From contig CAZPWN010000002.1 of assembly GCA_964590475.1 (NCBI GenBank), positions 1 to 45,283 of the forward strand: a stretch of 45,283 nt of DNA. The letters are read 5' to 3'. Source of the stretch: an uncultured bacterium (lineage in GTDB: Bacteria > Deinococcota > Deinococci > Deinococcales > Trueperaceae). The position numbers and the translations under genes are program-made. Below are positions 18,126 through 27,129 of this stretch, one piece after another. Position 1 is the first letter of the stretch, and every line of letters starts with the position of its first letter. The notes under the pieces were generated by a model. The model saw nothing but the letters and a program-made list of their open reading frames with translations, did no database searches and had not been told where the DNA came from.

Positions 18126-19775
18126 ATGGCCCTCGACCCAGGCGCAGGCAAGCCTGCCCCCCGCGAAGCTCTCGTTGACGTACCCAGACTGATAACCGAC
18201 TACTTCGCAGTAAGACCCGACGCGCAAGACGCCCGGCAGCGCGTGGCTTTCGGCACCTCCGGCCACCGCGGCACCAGCGGCGACGGCAGCTTCAACGAAG
18301 CGCACGTGGCCGCCATCAGCCAGGCGGTCGCCGACCACCGGCAAGCGCTCGGAGTTACGGGCCCGCTCTTCCTGGGCGCCGACACGCACGCCCTCTCCAC
18401 CCCCGCCCTCGTCACGGCACTGGAGGTGCTGAGCGCGAACGGAGTGCGGGTGGTGGTGGCGCAGGACCTGGCGGCGGTGCCCACCCCCGTCGTCTCGCAC
18501 GCCATCCTCACGAACGGGCACCTGCGGGGCCTGAAGGCCGACGGCATAGTGATCACGCCCTCGCACAACCCGCCGGACGCGGGCGGTTTCAAGTACAACC
18601 CGCCGCACGGGGGGCCCGCGGACTCGGGCGAGACGGACCGCATCCAGCAGCTGGCCAACCGCTACCTGGAGGAGGGCCTGAAGGGCGTCAAGCGCCAGAC
18701 GCTGAGGCAGGCGCGCGCGTCCGGCTTGGTGGAGGAGCGCGACCTGATCACCCCGTACGTGAACGACCTGGACGCCGTGCTCGACATGGAGCGCATACGG
18801 GCCGCCGGCGTCCGCATCGGCGTGGACCCGCTCGGTGGCTCGTCGCTGCACTACTGGGACCCCATAGCCGAGCGCTGGGGGCTCGACATCACGGTCGTCA
18901 ACCGGGTGGTGGACCCCACCTTCGGCTTCATGACCCTGGACCACGACGGCAAGATCCGCATGGACTGCTCCTCGCCTTACGCCATGGCCGGCCTGATAGA
19001 GCTGCGCCACGACTTCGACGTGGCGTTCGGCAACGATCCCGATGCGGACAGGCACGGCGTGGTCACGCCGGGCGGTGGGCTCATGAACCCCAACCACTAC
19101 CTGGCCGTAGCCGTGGAGTACCTCTTCTCGCGCCGCAGTGGCTGGTCGCAGGACGCGCTCGTGGGCAAGACGGCGGTAACCAGCATGATGGTCGACCGGG
19201 TGGCCGGCGCTATGGGCAGGCAGGTGGCGGAGGTGCCGGTTGGCTTCAAGTGGTTCGTCGGCGGTCTGCTTACTGGCGCCTACGGCTTCGGGGGAGAGGA
19301 GAGCGCCGGCGCGTCGTTCCTGCGCAAGGATGGCAGCGCGTGGAGCACGGACAAGGACGGCCTGCTCCTGGGGCTGCTCGCCGCGGAGATCCTGGCGGTC
19401 ACGGGCGAGGACCCGGCCCAGCTGTACGCGGAACTGGAGAACCGCTTCGGGGCGGCCGCTTACGCCCGTACCGACGTGCCTGCCAGCGCCGCGCAGAAGG
19501 CGGCCCTCAAGAGCCTGCGCGCCAGCGACGTGGAGAGCAGCGAACTGGCGGGCGAGCCGGTGGAGGCGGTGCTTACGGAGGCGCCGGCCAACGGCGAGCC
19601 GCTGGGCGGCGTGAAGGTGGTGACCGCCAGCGGCTGGTTCGCCGCCAGGCCCTCCGGTACGGAGGACCTCTACAAGATCTACGCGGAGAGCTTCCGGGGC
19701 GAGGAGCACCTGCGGCAGCTGCAGGAGGAGGCGCAGGACGTGGTGGCCGCCGCCTTCGCACGCGCGGGGGCGTAG
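18126..19775 (+). CDS. pgm: phosphoglucomutase (alpha-D-glucose phosphate-specific)
   Basis: 549 aa, SD GAGGAGG. It carries the phosphoserine loop [16 protein letters not shown], the metal loop [10 protein letters not shown] and [10 protein letters not shown], and is collinear with E. coli Pgm. Confidence 0.95.
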   Translation: MALDPGAGKPAPREALVDVPRLITDYFAVRPDAQDARQRVAFGTSGHRGTSGDGSFNEAHVAAISQAVADHRQALGVTGPLFLGADTHALSTPALVTALEVLSANGVRVVVAQDLAAVPTPVVSHAILTNGHLRGLKADGIVITPSHNPPDAGGFKYNPPHGGPADSGETDRIQQLANRYLEEGLKGVKRQTLRQARASGLVEERDLITPYVNDLDAVLDMERIRAAGVRIGVDPLGGSSLHYWDPIAERWGLDITVVNRVVDPTFGFMTLDHDGKIRMDCSSPYAMAGLIELRHDFDVAFGNDPDADRHGVVTPGGGLMNPNHYLAVAVEYLFSRRSGWSQDALVGKTAVTSMMVDRVAGAMGRQVAEVPVGFKWFVGGLLTGAYGFGGEESAGASFLRKDGSAWSTDKDGLLLGLLAAEILAVTGEDPAQLYAELENRFGAAAYARTDVPASAAQKAALKSLRASDVESSELAGEPVEAVLTEAPANGEPLGGVKVVTASGWFAARPSGTEDLYKIYAESFRGEEHLRQLQEEAQDVVAAAFARAGA

Positions 19776-19827
19776 CGGGAGCTAGCAGCGGGCGGGTGGA
19801 GGACCCTCGGCCCTAAGGCGGGCGTCC

Positions 19828-20658
19828 TCAGTCCAGGTGCAGCGGCACGGACAGGATGGGCACCACCGAGGAGCGCAGCAGTGCGTCGGCGCGGTTGCCG
19901 AGCAGGAGGCCGATGGCCGCCCGGTGGTGGCGGATGCCTATGGCCAGCAGGTCGGCCCCCAGTTCCTGCGCCAACTGGGGCAGCACGGTCACGGGCTCAC
20001 CCTCGCGCACCACCACACGCCGCGCCACGCCGGCGGACATGGCGGACAGCCGGTCGCTCACTTCGTTGGCGCTAGCGTCCGCGGAGGTACGTTCGGGGTC
20101 CATGACGTGCGCCAGCACCAGTTCCACGCCCACCTCGGCGAACTTCTGCGCGAAGCTCCAGGCCCCCGAGGAGGCCTCCCCGAAGTCGGTGGCGACCATC
20201 ACGCGCCGCACACGGGTCACGGTGGACTCCTCCCGCACGGTGATGGTTGGTACGTCCGCGCGCCTCACGAAGCGGCCGGCCACGCCGCCGAGGAAGTAGC
20301 GGTCGAAACGGTTGGCGCCGTGGGCGCCCATGACCACCAGGTCGAACCGCTCCTGGATGGCCAGCAGCTCCTCCACCGGGTTGCCCCAGAGGAGCTCATG
20401 CGTGCCGTCGGGGCTTGCCATGTGCGAGAGCATGCCCAGGAGTTTCTGTACTTCAGAGCTGCGCTGCTCCGCCAGCTGGTTCATCATCTCGGGGTTGAAC
20501 GTGTCGAGCTGCGGGCGGGCCGCGGGGCGATCGAGCTCGCTGCGGCGCTGAGCGTGGACCACGTGCAGCGTGCCGCTGAAGCGTTGGCGAACGTCGCGTG
20601 CTAACGCCAGGCCCTTCTGCGCCGGCTGGGAGAAGTCGGTGGGATGCAGGATGCGCAT
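19828..20658 (-). CDS. universal stress protein, tandem USP domains
   Basis: 276 aa, GGAGG SD 7 nt upstream. Two USP halves are present (MRILHPTDFS...VVMGAHGANRFDRYFLGGVAGR and VMVATDFGE...LLAIGIRHH...VVPILSV). Confidence 0.85.
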   Translation of the reverse strand: MRILHPTDFSQPAQKGLALARDVRQRFSGTLHVVHAQRRSELDRPAARPQLDTFNPEMMNQLAEQRSSEVQKLLGMLSHMASPDGTHELLWGNPVEELLAIQERFDLVVMGAHGANRFDRYFLGGVAGRFVRRADVPTITVREESTVTRVRRVMVATDFGEASSGAWSFAQKFAEVGVELVLAHVMDPERTSADASANEVSDRLSAMSAGVARRVVVREGEPVTVLPQLAQELGADLLAIGIRHHRAAIGLLLGNRADALLRSSVVPILSVPLHLD

Positions 20659-20806
20659 GGCTGAACCTCCGGTTCGGGTGCGCCCATCATATAGGCGCGC
20701 GCCGGGCCATGCGGCAGGGTGCCGGCTCCCGGCTAGGGGCTTTCGTCCGACCAGGAAGGCTTATCCTGGTTGTCAAGGGGCGGCAAGCCCCACGAGGAGG
20801 TAGCCG

Positions 20807-21253
20807 ATGTACAGGAAGATCCTCATGCCCGCCGACGGTAGCAAGGGCGCCGAGGCCGCCATAAAGCACGGCCTGCAGCTGGCCAAGCTGACCGGCGCCG
20901 ACGTCACGTTCATCCACGTTCTCGAGAACCCGCTAGCGGCAGGGTACGTGGCCACCGCCAACATGGCGTACTCCGCCGAGCTGTATGAGGACCTGCGGAC
21001 GAGTGCCAGGGAGCTGCTGGAAGGCGCCGTCAACCTCGCGCGCGAGGCGGGCGTGTCGGCCGAGGGCCGCTTGGTGGAGGACGTAGACCCCGTGAAGGCC
21101 ATCCACGACGCCGAGCGGGAACACGACCTGGTGGTCATGGGCACCCACGGCCGGCGCGGCTTCAACCGCTGGATGTTCGGCTCCGTGGCGGAGGGCGCCC
21201 TGCGCCAGTCAACGATCCCCTACCTGGTGGTCCGCACCGAGCAGGACGAGTAG
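20807..21253 (+). CDS. universal stress protein UspA (single domain)
   Basis: 148 aa, SD GAGGAGG. It has a canonical ATP-binding type motif, VVMGTHGRRGFNRWMFGSVAEG. Confidence 0.9.
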   Translation: MYRKILMPADGSKGAEAAIKHGLQLAKLTGADVTFIHVLENPLAAGYVATANMAYSAELYEDLRTSARELLEGAVNLAREAGVSAEGRLVEDVDPVKAIHDAEREHDLVVMGTHGRRGFNRWMFGSVAEGALRQSTIPYLVVRTEQDE

Positions 21254-21257
21254 GGCA

Positions 21258-23699
21258 CTAGCTGTTCAGGCGGTTCCAGAGCGAGCCGCACATGCCGCCG
21301 AAGCCCGTTTCGGGCGTGCCGCCCCACAGCGCGTCGATCGTGTTCTGCACGATCAGGTTCGTCCAGTTGACCGGCAGGTCGACGCCCATGGTTATGGCGG
21401 TGTGCGCCCCGGAGCAGATGGTGGTGAACACGCACTGCTGCAGCTCCGTGTCGGCGTCCTCCGGGCCCAGGCCACGGAGCGGACCGGTGACCGCGAGGCC
21501 CAGGCACTTGCCCATCGCCGCGTACTGGTTGACCGCCGTGCGGAGCTGCAGCACGATGTTGAGCTTCTCCGCGTACTCCGTGGCGGCCTGACCCCAGCCG
21601 CGTTCGCCGCGGCCCAGGACCGCGCCCGTGTGCAGGTCGACGCTGTACCAGCCCACGGCGCCCTCGCCCCCGGGGGCGAGCACGGCCAACCGGCCCTTCG
21701 ACATGTCGGCCGCTACGCGAGCAGCCAGGTCGGGGGCCAGCGCCGGCGCCACCTCGGCCAGCTCGGAGGCGCTGGACACCACGCGCCACTCCGCTCCGGA
21801 GGACAGGTCGCTGGCGTAGGCGTCGGCCACGCTGGCGAAGCGTGCGGCCTGACCGTCGCGGGAGTCGAGTCTGGCGCCGATCTCCGCCTCCAGCACGGTG
21901 TCCGTGGCGCCCTGAACCACCCGGGTGAGCCAGAGGTCCGTGCCCGGCAAGCTGGAGACCGCGCCCGACACGATGTCGAACGAGCCGCTCACCGTGAGGT
22001 CTTCCTCGAACCGTCGGTGGAAGGCGGCTACGAACGCCCCGGAGGCGTACCCCGCCATGCGTTCGCTGCGGAGAGCCTGCAGCAGCTCCAGGGGAGGGTA
22101 GAGCGCCGCGGTGGCGTTGAGGCGCTCATTCACTTCGGCGATGTCCAGCGTGCGCCCCTGGTGGTAGAGCTCGCTCCACTCCGCCTGCTCCGCGAGGAGG
22201 CGCGAGGCCGCCGCGAAGGTGAGCGCCTCCTGGGCGAGGCCCGCCCCGCTGATGACGATGTCCGTCTCGCCCCCGAGGGCGAGCGCCCGCTCGAGCTTCT
22301 GCTCCTCGCTTAGCTCTAGCTCGCTCACGCCGGCCGCCCGCGCGGCGGGGCCCACGAGATCGAACACCTGCCGCCGCTCCCTGACCGAGTCCTCGCCGGG
22401 CGTGTGGACCGTGTACTCCAGCCACAGGGCGGTGAACGCGCCCGCGGAGTCGTCGCTGGCGCCCGCGGCGCCGCCGGCGGAGCCGCCGAACATGCCGCCC
22501 AGGCCGCCGCCGAGCCCGCCCACCGCGCCGGCGTTGCCGCCGCCGCCCGAGCTGCCGACCTGGCCGTCGGCGCCTATCTTGGAGCTGCCGACGCTGGCAC
22601 CGTCCACGAAGAGCGTCGGTTGCCAGGCGCTGGTGGCAAGCAGCTGCTCCCGCAGCTCTGCTAAGGGCTCCTGAACGCCGAACGGGTCGAGTTCAGGCCA
22701 GTTCTCGGGCAGCCCGGTGAAGGTGATGGTCTGCCGGCCGACGTCCGCCGTCAGCAGCTCGGCGCTGAAGAGCTCCTGCTCGCTCAGCTGCTCGCCGTCC
22801 CACGACTCGGCCACGGCGGCCACGCGAACGCGGTGGAGGCGGTCGCCGCAGGCGAGGTCGCGGCAGGCGCCCTCCACGGCGGCCAGGAAGCGCACCTCCG
22901 GCAGGTCGAAGCGCGCCTCCGCGGGCGCTAGCGGCGTGCCCACCTGGGCGCCTTGCAGGGTGGGGTCGAGGTCGACCCAGGCGCCGTCCATCTCCACCTG
23001 CACCCACCAGTGGTCGCTCAGAAGGCCGTTCCTGTCCTCCGCGCGGCCCACGCCGCCGCGCACGGCTTCACCGCCGGGGAAGGCGCTCACGGCCCCGGAC
23101 AGGGCCGCGCTCTGCTCGGCCGCCCTCGTCTCCACGGTTGAGCTGAAGCGCCCCATCCGCTCGCCGGTGGCTGCCACTTCCTCGCTCAGCACCTCCTGAT
23201 CGATGTCGAGCTCGGCGGCAGCGCGCGCGCTGAGTTCCTGGGGGTCCGCTTGCCCGGCCGCCTCCAGCGGGACCACCCGCTGCGCTGCGGCCGCAGCCTC
23301 CAGCGTGGCGGAAGGGAGCGTGGCGTGCGCCAGCGCCGTGCGGTGGCCGGCGCTCTCGAGCAGGCGCTCGAGCAGGAGCGCCCTGTCCAGGCTGTTGCCC
23401 TGCCGGTCCATGAGCACGCCTGCGGCGCCCTTCATGGCGCCGCGGTACGCCACGAAGCCCGTGTCGTCCCTCACCCAGCCGAAGATGGCCTCCACCTCGG
23501 AAGAGCCGATCTCCGCCAGGGCCGCCTCCAGGTCGAACCGGTCCTTCGGCAGGTCGGCCACTGCCTGCTCCAGGACCTCGAAGAGCCGCTCGGGCGGCGG
23601 TGCGGCTTGCGCCCACGCGGTCCCGGTAGCGGTGAGAGCCAGCGCGCCGAAGAGGAGCGATGCGAAGCGCAGCAGCGTGGAGAGCGGTGAAGTAAGCAT
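21258..23699 (-). CDS. large secreted protein with N-terminal transglutaminase-like core (Ser in place of the catalytic Cys), Gly-rich linker, Cys-containing C-terminal domain
   Basis: The start is set at the ATG 23697..23699 (AAGGGA upstream), 813 aa. The signal peptide is MLTSPLSTLLRFASLLFGALALTATGTAWAQA. The TGase-like pattern is IFGWVRDD...GNSLDRALLLERLLESAGH, followed later by DHWWVQVEMDGAWVDLDPT. A Gly-rich run is encoded at about 22440..22565. Confidence 0.6.
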   Translation of the reverse strand: MLTSPLSTLLRFASLLFGALALTATGTAWAQAAPPPERLFEVLEQAVADLPKDRFDLEAALAEIGSSEVEAIFGWVRDDTGFVAYRGAMKGAAGVLMDRQGNSLDRALLLERLLESAGHRTALAHATLPSATLEAAAAAQRVVPLEAAGQADPQELSARAAAELDIDQEVLSEEVAATGERMGRFSSTVETRAAEQSAALSGAVSAFPGGEAVRGGVGRAEDRNGLLSDHWWVQVEMDGAWVDLDPTLQGAQVGTPLAPAEARFDLPEVRFLAAVEGACRDLACGDRLHRVRVAAVAESWDGEQLSEQELFSAELLTADVGRQTITFTGLPENWPELDPFGVQEPLAELREQLLATSAWQPTLFVDGASVGSSKIGADGQVGSSGGGGNAGAVGGLGGGLGGMFGGSAGGAAGASDDSAGAFTALWLEYTVHTPGEDSVRERRQVFDLVGPAARAAGVSELELSEEQKLERALALGGETDIVISGAGLAQEALTFAAASRLLAEQAEWSELYHQGRTLDIAEVNERLNATAALYPPLELLQALRSERMAGYASGAFVAAFHRRFEEDLTVSGSFDIVSGAVSSLPGTDLWLTRVVQGATDTVLEAEIGARLDSRDGQAARFASVADAYASDLSSGAEWRVVSSASELAEVAPALAPDLAARVAADMSKGRLAVLAPGGEGAVGWYSVDLHTGAVLGRGERGWGQAATEYAEKLNIVLQLRTAVNQYAAMGKCLGLAVTGPLRGLGPEDADTELQQCVFTTICSGAHTAITMGVDLPVNWTNLIVQNTIDALWGGTPETGFGGMCGSLWNRLNS

Positions 23700-23868
23700 G
23701 TTCGGTTCCCTTTCGCTCGGCGCTTGGGGGCCAACGAGCCTGGTTGCAGCGACTGCGTCATCTGCTCGGCCTAAGGCCACGGTTCAAGCGGTGGTGTCGA
23801 GCGTTGCTGAGTTCGGAAAATACAGTAGCGCAGAGTGGACGTCAACGTAGGTGGGTTACTCTCTTCGA

Positions 23869-24843
23869 ATGAGCCGTACCGTAGGTAAGGCGCAGCGCCT
23901 GAACTTGCTGACGGAAGAGCTGAAGCGAAGACCTCGCTTGGTGGTGGAACTGGCTCGTCGCCACGGCACCAGTCGCCGCACCATCGAAAGGGACCTCCAG
24001 ACCCTGAGCGAGCAGATGGGCAAGCAGCTCCTCAAGGACGACCACCACCGCTGGTACATCCCGAACCGCACGCCGGGCCTGAACGAGGTGGAGGCGCTGG
24101 CGGTCTACAGCGCCACGCGCTTGCTGCTACACACGGGCGTGGGGGAGAGGCATTACCGCACCGCGCTCGAGAAGTTGGCGCAGCAGGTGCCCGAGCCGGC
24201 GCGGACGAGCCTCCTCAGCAGCGTCGACCGGCTCTCCACGGCCCCGGAGGACCGGGTCCTCGATCAGGTGGCGCAGGCGTGGTTCCAGCGGCGGGTGCTG
24301 AGGTGCCGCTACCTCTCCGCCAACTCGGGGAACGCCACCACGCGCGACCTCGAGGTGTACTTCTACGAGATCAACCGCCGCAACCTGGAGCCGTACGTGA
24401 TGGCCTTCGACCGCACGCAGCGCAAGCGCGTGCTGGTGTTCAAGCTGGCCCGCATGACCGACGTGCGGCTGCTGGACGACACCTACGAGATCCCGGCCGA
24501 CTTCGACCCCACCTCCCAGCTGCATAGCTCCTTCGGGATAGTGGTGGGCGAGGAGGTGCAGATCGATCTGAAGGTGCCCGAGCAGGTGGCGAGGCGCATG
24601 GCCGAAGGCGGCGACCGTAACGTGCGGCTCGGGGAGTGCACGCCGGACGGTAAGCGCTCCGTGCACGTGATCGGCACGCTGGACGACAGCGGCAAGCCGC
24701 TCGAGCTGGTGCCGTGGCTGCTCAGCTGGGGCGACTCCATCGAAGTGATCAGCCCCCTCGAGGTCCGTGAAGCGGTGCGTCAGCAGCTGCAGCGGGCGCT
24801 GATGGCGTACGTGGAGCCCGCGGCGGAGCATGCGAGCGACTGA
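23869..24843 (+). CDS. WYL domain-containing transcriptional regulator (HTH-WYL-WCX architecture)
   Basis: 324 aa from the ATG at 23869 (an alternative GTG lies at 23851). N-terminal HTH is RLNLLTEELKRRPRLVVELARRHGTSRRTIERDLQTL. The WYL-type core is RCRYLSANSGNATTRDLEVYFYEINRRNLEPYVMAFDRTQRKRVLVFKLARMTDVRLL. The C-terminal region is LVPWLLSWGDSIEVISPLEVR. Confidence 0.8.
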   Translation: MSRTVGKAQRLNLLTEELKRRPRLVVELARRHGTSRRTIERDLQTLSEQMGKQLLKDDHHRWYIPNRTPGLNEVEALAVYSATRLLLHTGVGERHYRTALEKLAQQVPEPARTSLLSSVDRLSTAPEDRVLDQVAQAWFQRRVLRCRYLSANSGNATTRDLEVYFYEINRRNLEPYVMAFDRTQRKRVLVFKLARMTDVRLLDDTYEIPADFDPTSQLHSSFGIVVGEEVQIDLKVPEQVARRMAEGGDRNVRLGECTPDGKRSVHVIGTLDDSGKPLELVPWLLSWGDSIEVISPLEVREAVRQQLQRALMAYVEPAAEHASD

Positions 24844-25561
24844 GTTCATCTGCCTGGCGGCCGGCAAGGGCAGCCGCATGGGGAACCTCGGGACCTACCT
24901 GCAGAAGGCCATGTACCCCGTGGGCCTCAAGCCCTTCCTGCAGCACAGCATGGAGCAGCTGCTCGCCAGTGGCGCGGCTCCCGCGGGCTCCCGCCTGGTC
25001 CTCGTGGTGGGGCACCTGGCGGACCAGGTGCGGGGCTACTTCGGCAGCCGCTTCGAGGGCCTCGAGCTGGCCTACGTGCTCCAGGAGCGCCAGGCCGGCA
25101 CGGGCGACGCCCTCATGCGCGCCGCGGACGCCCTGGAAGGCGGCGGCTCGGTGGTGGCGTGGCAGGGCGACCTGTTCGTGCCGAGCGGACTCTTCGGGCA
25201 GGTGGCGGCGCACCCGCTACCCAACGTGGTGACGCTGGGCGAGGGCCACGAAGACGAATCGCCGGTGCTGCGCGCAACCACGGAGGGTGAGCGCGTCACC
25301 CGCGTCTGGGAGGGCGCGGGCCCCCTGCTCGACATCGGGCTATGGAAGCTCGAGGCCAGGCTCCTGAGGGAGTTCGGTGAGGTGGTGGCGCCCAACGGGG
25401 AGCTGCGGATGCTCCCCAACCTGCAGCGGCTGATGGACGGCGGTGTAGAGGTGGGCTACGTCAGGAGCGAGGAGTGGGTGCATCTGGGCGGTACCCTGCC
25501 TAGCGCGGAAGAGAACGTGCGCGCCGTGGTGCGGCGGCTCTGGAGCGAGCAGCGCACCTGA
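24830..25561 (+). CDS. sugar-phosphate nucleotidyltransferase (NTP_transferase fold)
   Basis: 243 aa. The N-terminal pyrophosphorylase signature is ICLAAGKGSRMG, with QAGTGDAL further on. The ATG at 24830 lies 14 nt inside the WYL ORF. The sugar and nucleotide specificity cannot be read from the sequence. Confidence 0.8.
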   Translation: MRATEFICLAAGKGSRMGNLGTYLQKAMYPVGLKPFLQHSMEQLLASGAAPAGSRLVLVVGHLADQVRGYFGSRFEGLELAYVLQERQAGTGDALMRAADALEGGGSVVAWQGDLFVPSGLFGQVAAHPLPNVVTLGEGHEDESPVLRATTEGERVTRVWEGAGPLLDIGLWKLEARLLREFGEVVAPNGELRMLPNLQRLMDGGVEVGYVRSEEWVHLGGTLPSAEENVRAVVRRLWSEQRT

Positions 25562-25615
25562 CGCCAGCAGCGGCGCCTTGGGCGCCGGCGCGTGGGTCAC
25601 GTGGAGGAACGAGAG

Positions 25616-26590
25616 ATGATTGTGGTCCGTACGCCGCTGCGCATACCCTTCGCGGGCGGCCTCACAGACGTCAAGGAGTACGCCACCCGCTTCGGCGGCG
25701 CCACCATCAGCAGCACGGTGCAGGCCGCGGCGTGGGTCACCATGCTGCCCAGCGTGGACGGGGCGTTCGAGGTGCACTCCCCGGCACGGGTGGAGCGGGC
25801 CGCCGCCCTGAGCGACCTTTCCAACGACCTGGTGCGGGAGTCGCTGCTCGCGGTCGACCCGCAGCACCCACCGGTGCGGGTCTCGGTGTGGCTGGACGTG
25901 GGCACCGGCAGCGGGGTCGGCAGCTCCGGCGCCATCACCGTGGGGCTGGTGCACGCAGCGCGCGCCTTCCGGGGGGAGAGCCCTGGCGGTGCGGAGCTCG
26001 GCAGCGAGGCGGCGCACGTAGAGGTGGAGAGCCTGAAAGGCGCCTCCGGCTACCACGACGCCCACATAACGGCCCGCGGGGGGCTCCTGCGGCTGGAGTA
26101 CCGGGGAGCGGACGTGAGCGCTCGGCCCGTGGCCCTGGGCGCCGCCAAGGAGGCGTTCGAACGGTCGCTCCTGCTCTTCGAGACGGGGTGGCGCGCCCCC
26201 ACCAAGGCCTCGCTTCAGACGTTGACGTCGAACATCGGCAGCGCGCTTCCCGTGCTGCACGCCATGAAGGAGCTGGTGGACGAGCTGGAGGCCGCCATGG
26301 AGGCCGGCGACCTGAAGCGGATAGCCTTCTGCATAGGGGAGCAGCAGCGCCTGAAGCAGCGGCTGCCAGGCAACTTCGAGGACGAGCGGGTGATAGAGCT
26401 GGTGGGGCGCATGCGCGACCTGGGCGTGGGAGCTCAGCTGCCCGGTGGCAAGATCAGCGGCTACCTCATCGTGTGCTGCCCGGACGGGCAGCAGGCCGAG
26501 GTGCGGGCGGCCGTGCCCGAACTGAGGGAGGTGCCGCTCACCCTCACGGGCGAAGGCAGCACCGCTCACCGCCTGCTGGCTCAGTCGTAG
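25616..26590 (+). CDS. GHMP family sugar kinase (HddA / fucokinase-like)
   Basis: 324 aa from the ATG at 25616, with GGAGGA at 25603..25608. N-terminal MIVVRTPLRIPFAGGLTDVKEY...GGATISS resembles heptose/fucose GHMP kinases. Motif II is GTGSGVGSSGAITVG. Motif III is atypical (LPGGKISGYL). Confidence 0.8.
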   Translation: MIVVRTPLRIPFAGGLTDVKEYATRFGGATISSTVQAAAWVTMLPSVDGAFEVHSPARVERAAALSDLSNDLVRESLLAVDPQHPPVRVSVWLDVGTGSGVGSSGAITVGLVHAARAFRGESPGGAELGSEAAHVEVESLKGASGYHDAHITARGGLLRLEYRGADVSARPVALGAAKEAFERSLLLFETGWRAPTKASLQTLTSNIGSALPVLHAMKELVDELEAAMEAGDLKRIAFCIGEQQRLKQRLPGNFEDERVIELVGRMRDLGVGAQLPGGKISGYLIVCCPDGQQAEVRAAVPELREVPLTLTGEGSTAHRLLAQS

Positions 26591-27102
26591 GTAACGCCCT
26601 CGAGCACCACGCTGCGGGCCACCCCGTCGCCGGTGCGGAAGCTGGCGGTCGCCCCTACCCGCTGACCCAGCAGGGCGCCGGCCACCGGGGCGGTGAACGC
26701 CACCAGGCCCTCGAGTGGATCGGCTTCGTCCACCCCCACGATCCGGAAGCTGCTGGGCCTGCCGTCCCCACCCTCGTCCCGCACCGTGACCGTGGCCCCC
26801 ACCTGCACCGCGTCGGTGCCGGCGGGCGGGGTCGGCACGAGGACGGCGCTCCGCAGGCGGTCCTCGAGGGCGGGGATCTCCTCGTCCAGCGCCGCCATAC
26901 GCCTGACGGCTGGGGAGCCCGACTGGTCACTCGGCTGGGACGCAAGTTCCGCGGCCTCCGCCTGCAGGGCCTTCAGCTCGGCCTGTAGGGCCGCCAAGCC
27001 GGAAGGCGTGACCAGGTTGTCAACGCCTTGCGGCAGCGGTGGGCGGACGGTTACCAGTACCTCTTCGGTATCGGCGTCCTCTTTGATGAACGCACGGCTC
27101 AT
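26581..27102 (-). CDS. GreA/GreB family elongation-factor-like protein (Rnk-like)
   Basis: 173 aa, starting MSRAFIKED, with a coiled-coil segment and the Gre C-terminal domain pattern VGATVTVRDE...FRIVGVDEADPLEGLVAFTAPVAGALLGQRVG. Its 3' end overlaps the kinase 3' end by 10 nt (convergent). Confidence 0.75.
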   Translation of the reverse strand: MSRAFIKEDADTEEVLVTVRPPLPQGVDNLVTPSGLAALQAELKALQAEAAELASQPSDQSGSPAVRRMAALDEEIPALEDRLRSAVLVPTPPAGTDAVQVGATVTVRDEGGDGRPSSFRIVGVDEADPLEGLVAFTAPVAGALLGQRVGATASFRTGDGVARSVVLEGVTYD

Positions 27103-27129
27103 GCCTGAAGCGTACCCGAAGGCGCGGCG

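Noticed and set aside
18072-19709. 545-aa ORF antisense to pgm. Similar antisense or out-of-frame ORFs: 319..1299, 5066..5962, 6578..7303, 8093..8893, 19837..20604, 21402..22313, 24127..24879, 25340..26569, 25732..26988, 27383..28339, 27559..29025, 29852..30610, 32772..33740, 36039..37400, 39620..40243
   Set aside because: All lie opposite, or offset from, frames carrying clear family motifs. All have shadow-ORF composition, and none has a convincing RBS or start context.
23869-26590. Labelling the WYL-linked genes as an anti-phage defence system
   Set aside because: No nuclease, helicase, ATPase, TIR/SIR2, toxin-like or other known defence effector domain is visible. Both enzymes look like sugar-activation enzymes, and no mobile-element or island hallmarks flank them. 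Defence remains speculative.
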